The notes beneath the pieces are model-generated. The model had not been told where the DNA came from. It saw nothing but the letters and a program-made list of their open reading frames with translations, and did no database searches. Source: Bacteriovoracia bacterium (GTDB lineage Bacteria; Bdellovibrionota; UBA1018; CAIPTA01). From it: a stretch of 64,000 bases of DNA. Below, piece by piece: positions 49,771 through 57,424 of this stretch. Position numbers and translations under genes: made by a program. The stretch's first letter is position 1; every line of letters begins with the position of its first letter. The stretch lies in NCBI GenBank assembly GCA_050246755.1, contig JBFWVL010000006.1, positions 96,001-160,000 on the forward strand. Direction: 5' to 3'.

Positions 49771-51147
49771 GTGCAACATACATTACTCCTCGTAGATGAC
49801 AAGAGCGAAAATCTCGACTTCCTACGCTCGATCCTGAAGCCCCAAGGTTACAATATCTTCCCCGCTGATAGCGTGGATTATGGTGCAAGCCTCCTCAAAA
49901 GATATAAAGGAAAAGTCTCTCTCGCGCTGATCGACCACAGTATGCCAGGAAAAAACGGCGATGAGGCGATTCGGCTTTTCAAGAGCATCGACCCTGACCT
50001 TCAGTGCCTCACGATCACCGGCGAGCCCACGGAAGAAACGATCCAAAAGCACATGGAAGCAGGCTCTTACTCCGTATTGAGTCGCACGTTACAGGCCGAA
50101 ACTCTGAAATCTGTGGTCAGTAGCTATTGCCGAAAGTTCGAGACGAAAACAGCTCTTTCCGTCATCGCCACGCCCGACGGCGCCAAAGAAAGCATTATTG
50201 CGGCCCATGATTTTGTTGGGGCTTCAGACCATCTTGCGGAGCTTTGCCAGTTGATCGACCGTTATGCGAAGACGGAGGAATCCGTGCTCATTCGCGGAGA
50301 GAACGGTACCGGCAAAGAGCGCGTGGCGCGGGCCATCCACTCACATTCCACGGTAGAATCCGGCCCCTTCATCGCCGTCAACTGCGCCGCCATCAGCGAG
50401 GGCGTCATCGAAAGTGAACTCTTCGGACACGTCAAAGGCTCGTTTACGGGAGCCATGCGCGACCGCAACGGATATTTTCGGGATGCGAACGGCGGGACAC
50501 TTTTCTTGGATGAGATCGGCGACATGCCATTATCGGCCCAGGCGAAGCTTCTGCGGGCCTTGCAGGAAAAAGAAGTCGTGCCGGTCGGTGCTACGAAGCC
50601 CATCAAGATTCGGACCCGCATTATCGCGGCCACCAACACGAAGTTGGAAGACGCCGTAAAAGCGGGCCGCTTCCGCGAGGATCTTTATTACCGTCTCAAC
50701 GTCATGCCGATTCAAATTCTACCGCTCAAGGATCGACCCGAAGACATTGAGCCGTTGGTGCATTTTTCTCTTACTCGATGGAACAAAAAGACCGGACAGA
50801 GAAAAGAAGTCCGCGCCCGCACCATTTCGGCCCTCAAAGCCTACTCGTGGCCTGGCAACATTCGAGAACTTGAGGCGGTCATGGCTCGGGTGCTCGCGCG
50901 AACGGAAGCATCCATTATCGAGCCCGAACACTTGGACGAAAATATCCGCTTCTTAGTCTCAGAGACGGACACCGATTTTTCGGAAAGCTATCGGTGCTTG
51001 AAAGAGCGGCACGATACGGAGGAGCGAAAATTTTTGTCGGAGCTTTTGAAAAAATTCGGATCACTCGGCAAGGCGGCGCTCGCCTTGAACGTGGCGAAGG
51101 CAACACTTCACGGACGAATAAAAAAATTAGGAATCCAAACCAAGTAA
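49771..51147 (+). CDS. Sigma-54-dependent NtrC-family response regulator (REC-AAA+-Fis HTH)
   Basis: LLVDD, IDHSMPG; GENGTGKE, ESELFGHVKGSFTGA, FLDEIG, WPGNIREL; GTG start after GGAGG. Confidence 0.93.
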   Translation: MQHTLLLVDDKSENLDFLRSILKPQGYNIFPADSVDYGASLLKRYKGKVSLALIDHSMPGKNGDEAIRLFKSIDPDLQCLTITGEPTEETIQKHMEAGSYSVLSRTLQAETLKSVVSSYCRKFETKTALSVIATPDGAKESIIAAHDFVGASDHLAELCQLIDRYAKTEESVLIRGENGTGKERVARAIHSHSTVESGPFIAVNCAAISEGVIESELFGHVKGSFTGAMRDRNGYFRDANGGTLFLDEIGDMPLSAQAKLLRALQEKEVVPVGATKPIKIRTRIIAATNTKLEDAVKAGRFREDLYYRLNVMPIQILPLKDRPEDIEPLVHFSLTRWNKKTGQRKEVRARTISALKAYSWPGNIRELEAVMARVLARTEASIIEPEHLDENIRFLVSETDTDFSESYRCLKERHDTEERKFLSELLKKFGSLGKAALALNVAKATLHGRIKKLGIQTK

Positions 51148-51170
51148 ACCAAAGAAGAAGGGGGTCAAAT

Positions 51171-51449
51171 ATGAAAATGAAAACTGTCATGCTCGTTGCG
51201 CTTTTTACCGCTCTCAGCCAAGGCGCGTTGGCGGAGCCGCTAACCGTTGGTCAAATTCAAATGCCTGCGGAGATTCAGCCGCTCACTCAGGAACAGACTC
51301 AACAGGCCATTGCGACTTTGCTCCAAGAAGGTATCATTGAATGGGTGGATGGACATTTTGTGGTCAAAGACCAAAATGCGCTTGAGCAGCTTCGGCAGCG
51401 CGGTCGCGTGGATCTACAAGCCGCCGCCTATTCGGTTATCTGTTACTGA
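51171..51449 (+). CDS. 92-aa secreted peptide, candidate RiPP/pheromone precursor
   Basis: Signal peptide ending QGALA; C-terminus GRVDLQAAAYSVICY; in an operon with YcaO. Confidence 0.6.
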   Translation: MKMKTVMLVALFTALSQGALAEPLTVGQIQMPAEIQPLTQEQTQQAIATLLQEGIIEWVDGHFVVKDQNALEQLRQRGRVDLQAAAYSVICY

Positions 51450-51463
51450 GGCGACAGACCAAG

Positions 51464-53008
51464 GTGAAATCACTTGTCTGGATCATGGCCCCACTGCTGC
51501 TTACAATAGCAGCAGTGGGATTTTTAAAATGGGGAAAGGAAAAAGTCATGCCGTCAGAAATTAGGGTCGCTTTCCCTTACAATAAGCCAGCTAAATTTTA
51601 TGAGCCCACCCGCATCCATCTTGCGCCCGAATATATTTTTTTGGAGAACACCTATAGCCCGTTGGTTGAAGTATCGCCAAAGGACGCAAGTCTTCTCCCC
51701 GGCGTCGCGGAAAGTTGGAAATGGGACGGCGAAGTGCTGACCCTCAAAATCAGAGACAACCTCAAGACCGTTGACGGCATTCCGATCACCGCCAAGGACG
51801 CCGAGTTTTCTTTAAAGCGCGTCCTGGTTCGTACCGGCAACACACACGGGAACTTTCAAAGCCTTGTCTGCGGAGCGGCCCAGCTCAAAAGCATTGACGA
51901 TAAGTGCGCGGGGCTTTGGACCGAGGGCAATCGGCTCTTTATCAAAGTCATGGGAAAATCGGCCTTCATTCTTCCCATGCTCTCGGGAATTGATTTTGCC
52001 ATCATTCCGAAAAACTCAGTCGATCCTAAAACACTCGACATTGTGGACTATCGCAATACCTCGGGGCCGTATTTTGTCGAAACTGATAGCGAACAGGGCC
52101 GCATCGTCTTGAGGGAGAATCCAAACCACTATCACGCGAGCAAAGAAATTCCAGAAACTATCCGCCTCGTCCCGGTCGAGAAGTCTAACAAGACCGCCTC
52201 ACTTGATCTTTTTGAAAAAGGCGGTGTGGACTTTATCACAACCATCGACGGAGCAAAGCCCGAAGACGTGATCGCCTACTCAAGAAATCACTCGGATTCT
52301 GTGCTGCATACGACGGCGAACATTCGCACGATCGTTCTTGTCTTTACCGAGCGAGGCTTGAAAGAGCTTTCCGAACACGAGCGCCTCTTGATCGGAAAGA
52401 GAGTGAAAGAGGCTCTTTGGCCGTACTTCTCAAAACTTCCCGGCTATGAATCCATGGATCAGTATTTCCCGTCCTTCAGCTATGGCGCTTTGGATGAATC
52501 CACGATTGAGAAAATCAAGTCAGAGCTACCTTCGGGAAATCTTGACTTGAAAGGGAAAACCTTGAAGCTCACGACCGTTCGCGTGGGCGACGTGACAGCT
52601 CTTCGCCCGCTTATTGAGGGCGCGATCCCAGGCAGCCAAGTGGAGGAAGGCGCGAACGTCCCGGCCTTTTCCAAGTACGAAAAGACGGAGGACATGCCTT
52701 ACGCCTTTATCGGCGGGCCGGATACCGGCTATCACGAAGACATCAGCCTTATTTCCTATATGCTGGTATCGGGAACCTTTGGAATGACGAAGGAGGAGCG
52801 GGCCTCATGGCTTGCAAAGTACATGGCGGTCCCAGAACAGGCCGACCGCCTCAAGCTGCTAAAATCCATTCACGAAGAATCACTCCGAAAAGGCGTGCTC
52901 ATGCCGCTTGCGTCGTGCCCTTATGTGGCACTTGCCAAGAAGGGGTGGAAAATTGAGCTGTCGCAGCTCTTTGCGAATAATCCGATATGGCTCATCAAGC
53001 GCAACTGA
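51464..53008 (+). CDS. Orphan family-5 (OppA/DppA-like) solute-binding protein
   Basis: N-terminal anchor; YSPLV, PGVAESW.W, DG.PITAKDA.FSLKR, SGPY, N..H motifs. Confidence 0.85.
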   Translation: MKSLVWIMAPLLLTIAAVGFLKWGKEKVMPSEIRVAFPYNKPAKFYEPTRIHLAPEYIFLENTYSPLVEVSPKDASLLPGVAESWKWDGEVLTLKIRDNLKTVDGIPITAKDAEFSLKRVLVRTGNTHGNFQSLVCGAAQLKSIDDKCAGLWTEGNRLFIKVMGKSAFILPMLSGIDFAIIPKNSVDPKTLDIVDYRNTSGPYFVETDSEQGRIVLRENPNHYHASKEIPETIRLVPVEKSNKTASLDLFEKGGVDFITTIDGAKPEDVIAYSRNHSDSVLHTTANIRTIVLVFTERGLKELSEHERLLIGKRVKEALWPYFSKLPGYESMDQYFPSFSYGALDESTIEKIKSELPSGNLDLKGKTLKLTTVRVGDVTALRPLIEGAIPGSQVEEGANVPAFSKYEKTEDMPYAFIGGPDTGYHEDISLISYMLVSGTFGMTKEERASWLAKYMAVPEQADRLKLLKSIHEESLRKGVLMPLASCPYVALAKKGWKIELSQLFANNPIWLIKRN

Positions 53009-53838
53009 CGGAGTGGATTCTCCGAAACGACGAGCGTTTGAATCTTCAGGTGCAAGAGCTTTCCTGGATCAAGTCTATTTTTCCGAACTGGTATGATCTT
53101 CAGGCTTCAATCTCCGTCTTTGGCGAGCGGTTCATCGGGCGCGGCTCCGATTCCGATGCGCACACGGCGCTTGGAAAAGCCGTGTGCGAAGCCGTGGAAC
53201 GGGCCACTTGCTTTCGTCACGGCATTTCTTCGCTCGGTGTTGCGGGCCATCTGAGCTTGGAGCTTGCACAAGCAAACGCAAGACTCGAATACATCGAGCG
53301 GTTTTGCATGAGCCGTCAGGTCGAGGAAAGGATTTTTCTTGCGAAACTTTCAGACTCCAAAGCGATCTGCGAGCGAAACGAAAAACGCGGGGTCGCGGTT
53401 CGTTTTTACCGTTTAGCCTCGCCAGAAAAAACACCAGTTGTTCTTTGCCTTGCCAACGGTGAGAACGCCGATCCACCTTTTGGCGGCATCCTGGGTCTTG
53501 GGGCCGCGTTGAGCGAAGGGGCGGCTTACGAAAAGGCCCTCCTAGAGTGTCTGAGAAACCTAGAGTTTTACTTTCACGCGAAACCCGCATCCTTAGCGTC
53601 TGCGGATTTTCAAAAAATTGCAAAACCAAAAGCCCAAGACCGGCAAGCTCTTCTGCGGGATCTGACTTATTTTCGACAGCTCATGGCATCCTTGGACCAA
53701 CCGGCCCCAGTGGGCTTGACGGTCCCTGAAGGAAAATTTGAGGGCCTTTCGTTAGACGCCGCCTTCGGGGATTGCCCGCTTGTTTTCACCCGCTATTCGG
53801 CCTCAGTACCGCTCGCGCAACCGGAGTTTCTTGCATGA
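52987..53838 (+). CDS. Compact YcaO-like protein
   Basis: GRG.....A..KA..EAVER, S.GVA.H....A...A..E..ER, GLGA......A..KALLE; C-terminus QPEFLA. Confidence 0.72.
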   Translation: MAHQAQLTEWILRNDERLNLQVQELSWIKSIFPNWYDLQASISVFGERFIGRGSDSDAHTALGKAVCEAVERATCFRHGISSLGVAGHLSLELAQANARLEYIERFCMSRQVEERIFLAKLSDSKAICERNEKRGVAVRFYRLASPEKTPVVLCLANGENADPPFGGILGLGAALSEGAAYEKALLECLRNLEFYFHAKPASLASADFQKIAKPKAQDRQALLRDLTYFRQLMASLDQPAPVGLTVPEGKFEGLSLDAAFGDCPLVFTRYSASVPLAQPEFLA

Positions 53839-55394
53839 GCCGGATACTCACTGACTTTGACCACGCCTTTCGCCGCCTGATGCGCCGTTATCTCTTGTCC
53901 GCGACACTCTTGCTTTTTGCGAGCATCGGCACCTCCGTCATTTGGAATCGCTCGATCAAGCAAGAGCTTGCGGATCAAGCGACCCTCTCGATACGAAGGA
54001 ATCTCCAAGCCGGAGATACGCGGGGCGAGTTGCAAGTCTTAAGCGGCATCCGTTTTAACGCCTTCCAGAGCCTCACGCAGTATGATCGCCAAGGCCGAAG
54101 GATCGTCACTCTTCCGCCCACGGTCGCGCCCATCGAGTACAAAGACCGAAGCCTTTGGGATCAAATTTTTTTAGGCGAAGTCCGATCCGCTATTCGCTTT
54201 GACGACGAAAAAGAAACGCCCATCGGTGAAGTCTCGTTCATCTATTCGCGCTTTGAATTGGCCGGATATGCGGCGCTGGCCTGGTTTGCACTTGTCGCCT
54301 TAGTCGCCATGACATTTTCTGGTGCAAAGACAAAGCTCCGCAAGGAAATGGAAAAGGAAATCGCGGTGCAAAACGCGAAGGTCTTAAAAGACCTCGTGGG
54401 GAAGGTTCGCCACAATATCCGCGCCCCGCTTGCAGTGCTCAATGCTTATTTTACGGCCTCCACGGAGGAGTCGGCGGCGCTGAAAAGTCAGGGACATCGT
54501 GCTGCCGGACGTATTGAAGAAATCCTTGCGGAGATGGAAGACGAAAGAGGAGTGCAGGCGCGCCCGGAAGAGCAAAAGCCCGTTGCGATCTTCGATGCTG
54601 TGGCCCTGGCCCGCCAGATCGTTGAAGAGAAGTCTCTTTTTCAATCCAGAGTCAGGCTTACGATCAAGAGCAACGGACCTTGCGCTTTTTCCCGCATTGA
54701 CGGCGCGGAATTGAAGGCGACCTTTTCAAACCTCTTAGACAACGCCCTGCAAGCCGTGGGCGAAAACGGCCAGATCCTCTTAGAAATCGAATCGGACGGT
54801 CATCTTGTTGCGGCGTCGATCCAGGACAACGGCAAAGGCATTGCGCCGGAGTTATTATCCAAAGTCCGTGAAAAGGGCTTTAGCTCAGGGAAGGAAAACG
54901 GTTCGGGTCTTGGCCTCTACTACGCGGAAAAACTCATGGACGACGCTAAAGGGAGTCTAACCATCGAGTCCGCGCTGGGCCAAGGAACCAAGATCACGCT
55001 TTTATTTCCGCAAGTGCCCACGCCGATCTGGTTTTGTAATGGGCTCGCGGTGCCGCCGAAAGGGACGCTTTATATCTGTGACGATCAAGAGTACATCTTA
55101 CAAGCCTGGAAGCTTAAGCTTCCCGAAAATCTGCTTAAGCGTGTGAAACTCTGCGCGGCCACGGAGCTACTGCCCGAAGCCGTTGACCCGAGCGACCGCT
55201 TTCTTATCGACTATGACTTCGGCAAAGGTAAACGCACGGGCCTGGAGGCGATTAGAGAGCTTCCAAGCCCCGCCCATGCGGTTTTGGTGACAGGCATGGC
55301 GTTTGAGGCTAGCGTGCAGGCCGAGTGCGCGGTGGTGGGCTGTAAGCTCCTCTCAAAAGACTTGCTCGCCTCGTTCCCTGTCACGACGGCCTAG
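53835..55394 (+). CDS. Membrane hybrid sensor histidine kinase with C-terminal receiver-like domain
   Basis: Two TMs around a periplasmic domain; HNIRAPL, NLLDNA, DNGKG, GSGLGL; ICDD...LIDYD...LVTG; ATGA overlap with ycaO. Confidence 0.9.
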   Translation: MSRILTDFDHAFRRLMRRYLLSATLLLFASIGTSVIWNRSIKQELADQATLSIRRNLQAGDTRGELQVLSGIRFNAFQSLTQYDRQGRRIVTLPPTVAPIEYKDRSLWDQIFLGEVRSAIRFDDEKETPIGEVSFIYSRFELAGYAALAWFALVALVAMTFSGAKTKLRKEMEKEIAVQNAKVLKDLVGKVRHNIRAPLAVLNAYFTASTEESAALKSQGHRAAGRIEEILAEMEDERGVQARPEEQKPVAIFDAVALARQIVEEKSLFQSRVRLTIKSNGPCAFSRIDGAELKATFSNLLDNALQAVGENGQILLEIESDGHLVAASIQDNGKGIAPELLSKVREKGFSSGKENGSGLGLYYAEKLMDDAKGSLTIESALGQGTKITLLFPQVPTPIWFCNGLAVPPKGTLYICDDQEYILQAWKLKLPENLLKRVKLCAATELLPEAVDPSDRFLIDYDFGKGKRTGLEAIRELPSPAHAVLVTGMAFEASVQAECAVVGCKLLSKDLLASFPVTTA

Positions 55395-55400
55395 ATCATC

Positions 55401-55495
55401 GTTCGGATTTCCGAACACCCTTCTTTTTCTTGAACGACAAGCTAACTCCTTATCTCACCGTGATTTTTCAAAAAAAACCGTTCGGATTCCCGAAC
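55401..55495. promoter_or_regulatory. Two palindromic enhancer-like sites GTTCGG-ATT(T/C)-CCGAAC
   Basis: gttcggatttccgaac at 55401-55416 and gttcggattcccgaac at 55480-55495. Confidence 0.75.
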
Positions 55496-55543
55496 GATTT
55501 TGAAATTCCGCGGTTGGAGTTGAAAACAGAAATTTCCATTCTG

Positions 55544-55556
55544 AATTAACTACTTA
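55544..55556 (+). promoter_or_regulatory. IHF-like site
   Basis: AATTAACTACTTA versus WATCAANNNNTTR (one mismatch), with an AT-rich upstream tract. Confidence 0.45.
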
Positions 55557-55584
55557 AGCCCATTTTTTCGCCGTCAAAAATCTC

Positions 55585-55599
55585 TGGCATTCTTCATGC
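55585..55599 (+). promoter_or_regulatory. Sigma-54 -24/-12 promoter of the transfer operon
   Basis: TGGCAT-TCTTC-ATGC with GG-N10-GC spacing, 27 bp before the first ATG. Confidence 0.7.
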
Positions 55600-55626
55600 C
55601 CTATAGGAAGGCAGGAGGACCGAAAA

Positions 55627-55899
55627 ATGATGAGTCTACAACTGCAACAGAGACAAGAAAAAGTCCCGCGCAAGTCGCTAGCGAAGCGGACCCAGTGCCC
55701 GAAGTGCAGATCCGCGAATCTGCTGAATGAAGGGCCGGACCAATTTTGCTGTGACTGTGATTGGGATACCTGCGCCGAGTACGTCGAGCGCGGCTTGATG
55801 AACAACCTAGACCTTGCTTTCCGTGAGCATTTTCCGAAGCAGGGCATCCAAAACCAGGAGCAAGAGCGCAAGCTCCAAAAATTAGAAAGGACCGCATGA
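55627..55899 (+). CDS. Small zinc-ribbon protein
   Basis: AGGAGG RBS; CPKC-x14-CDC. Confidence 0.65.
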   Translation: MMSLQLQQRQEKVPRKSLAKRTQCPKCRSANLLNEGPDQFCCDCDWDTCAEYVERGLMNNLDLAFREHFPKQGIQNQEQERKLQKLERTA

Positions 55900-56045
55900 T
55901 TATGAAAGCCATTAGCAAGGCGTTAGGCCGCGTAAGGTCTTCGCGTATTTATCACAAACTCTTTATCGCCCAGATCGACCATCAGCAGGTCGAGGAGCGA
56001 AAAACAGAAATGATGCTGAAATACCATGACAGGAGGTTTTTTTGA
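55896..56045 (+). CDS. 49-aa coupled small ORF (not in the ORF track)
   Basis: AAGGA RBS; ATGA overlap upstream and TTGA overlap downstream. Confidence 0.45.
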   Translation: MIMKAISKALGRVRSSRIYHKLFIAQIDHQQVEERKTEMMLKYHDRRFF

Positions 56046-56407
56046 AAGTCATCGACCTAGAGCTGCGTAGAAGAATTTTGCGGTTTTCATCTGAAGTGGA
56101 TGAAAAGGCGCTAGGCCGCGAGCTGGAGGCTGTCGCCGCGATTCCGCAAGGAGAGATTACGAGACGCGAGCGGGAGCGTCTGCTCGTGAGAAAAGCCGTT
56201 ATGCGTTTGCCGCAAAATGCCCGCGTGATTGTTTTTCTAAAATTTTGGGAAGGCGAAACGCTCGAAGAAATCGCTAGGCTGCTCGCCCTGCCACTTGAAG
56301 AGGCGCGTATCGAATACGTCTCGGCGCTTTCGTATCTTGAAAAAGTGCTGAAGCCCTATGTTTTGGAACCTAGCTTTTTTGTGAGGGGAAACGCTGGCGC
56401 AGTTTAA
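56042..56407 (+). CDS. Stand-alone sigma-70 region 4 protein
   Basis: A..RLP..AR....L.FWEG.TLEEIARLL motif; AGGAGG RBS. Confidence 0.75.
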   Translation: MKVIDLELRRRILRFSSEVDEKALGRELEAVAAIPQGEITRRERERLLVRKAVMRLPQNARVIVFLKFWEGETLEEIARLLALPLEEARIEYVSALSYLEKVLKPYVLEPSFFVRGNAGAV

Positions 56408-56458
56408 GCGAATCCTTGGAATGAATCGGAATGTGTTTCGCTGTTTCAAAGGATTTTT

Positions 56459-56791
56459 ATGAATACTCAAACAAGTCAAAAACTAAATCTTCATTGGATT
56501 GATACGCAGACGGGAAAGAAATATCCCGCAGGCGTTGGATTTTTTCTCGCCGAATACGGAGAGTTTCGGCTCAAGCTCGATGGCCTTGGTGGTGAGCAGT
56601 ATTTTGCCAAGCCCGTGAGCGGAAATGACGACCGCGTGAATTACCGCGTGGAAGTCGTCGTGAAGAACAAAGGCAAGTTCGCCCGCCGCGCCGAGATCGG
56701 CACGGGCTACATGGATAAGAACACGGGCGGCATTCTCTACATGGACATTGGCCCGTTCTCGCGCTGCCTGGCCTTGGAAGTCGAAGCCTAG
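56459..56791 (+). CDS. Hypothetical beta-rich protein
   Basis: AAGGA RBS; two similar halves (AGVGF and IGTGY). Confidence 0.6.
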   Translation: MNTQTSQKLNLHWIDTQTGKKYPAGVGFFLAEYGEFRLKLDGLGGEQYFAKPVSGNDDRVNYRVEVVVKNKGKFARRAEIGTGYMDKNTGGILYMDIGPFSRCLALEVEA

Positions 56792-56795
56792 CCAT

Positions 56796-57107
56796 TTGAA
56801 TAAAAAAACAACTTGGTTTGTGGTCATGGTGGTGGCGTTTGCCCTCGTCATGACTTTGGTGCCGGAGCTTGCCTTTGCCGACTACGGCGGGGGCGAGTTT
56901 CAGAGCCGCATGAGCGGCCTTACACGGAACCTTGTAAACGTCCTTCTGCCCGCCGCTTCGATTTTGGGCCTCGTTTGGGCCGCAATCTTGGCTGCGATGG
57001 GAGACGAAAGTAGCAAGGGCCGGATGGTACTCGTGGCGGTGGCTTCCGTGGTGGGCTTCCTGGCCCCGATCCTGATTCGCTGGCTTCAGTCGATTGCGGG
57101 CGGATAA
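56796..57107 (+). CDS. VirB2/TrbC-like pilin
   Basis: Signal ending PELAFA, two hydrophobic helices; directly before virB3/virB4-like genes. Confidence 0.72.
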   Translation: MNKKTTWFVVMVVAFALVMTLVPELAFADYGGGEFQSRMSGLTRNLVNVLLPAASILGLVWAAILAAMGDESSKGRMVLVAVASVVGFLAPILIRWLQSIAGG

Positions 57108-57424
57108 TGGAAATTCAAACTTCGAGCATCCACCGCAAGCTCGATGCAAAGCTGAAGATCGCGGGGCTTGAAGCCCCCGATCTTCTCTTTGTTCTCATCT
57201 TTGCGGCGGTGATGAACCTGTTTTTCGGGAGAACAAGCCTCGCCCTTCCGCTCGTGTTTGCTCTCCCGGCTGTCATGCTGGTTACGCTCTATATTGGCAA
57301 ACGGGATAAGCCGGATGGTTTCTTAGTCCACTTGGCGCGGTTTTACTTAACACCTGGATTTTTTAGCGCAGGAGAAGAGTCCAAATTTGAAGAAAAAATG
57401 AGGAAAACCATTTTTGGTAAGTAA
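57107..57424 (+). CDS. VirB3/TraL-like membrane protein
   Basis: LD...KI.GLE..D, two TMs, K..KPDGFL.H. Confidence 0.7.
   Translation: MEIQTSSIHRKLDAKLKIAGLEAPDLLFVLIFAAVMNLFFGRTSLALPLVFALPAVMLVTLYIGKRDKPDGFLVHLARFYLTPGFFSAGEESKFEEKMRKTIFGK

Noticed and set aside
50994-51170. N-terminal extension of the 151-aa ORF
   Set aside because: It overlaps the regulator gene; the RBS and signal peptide point to ATG 51171.
51464-53008. SBP as part of an ordinary Opp/Dpp importer
   Set aside because: No permease or ABC ATPase genes are adjacent and it is coupled to ycaO and the kinase, although use of a host permease cannot be excluded.
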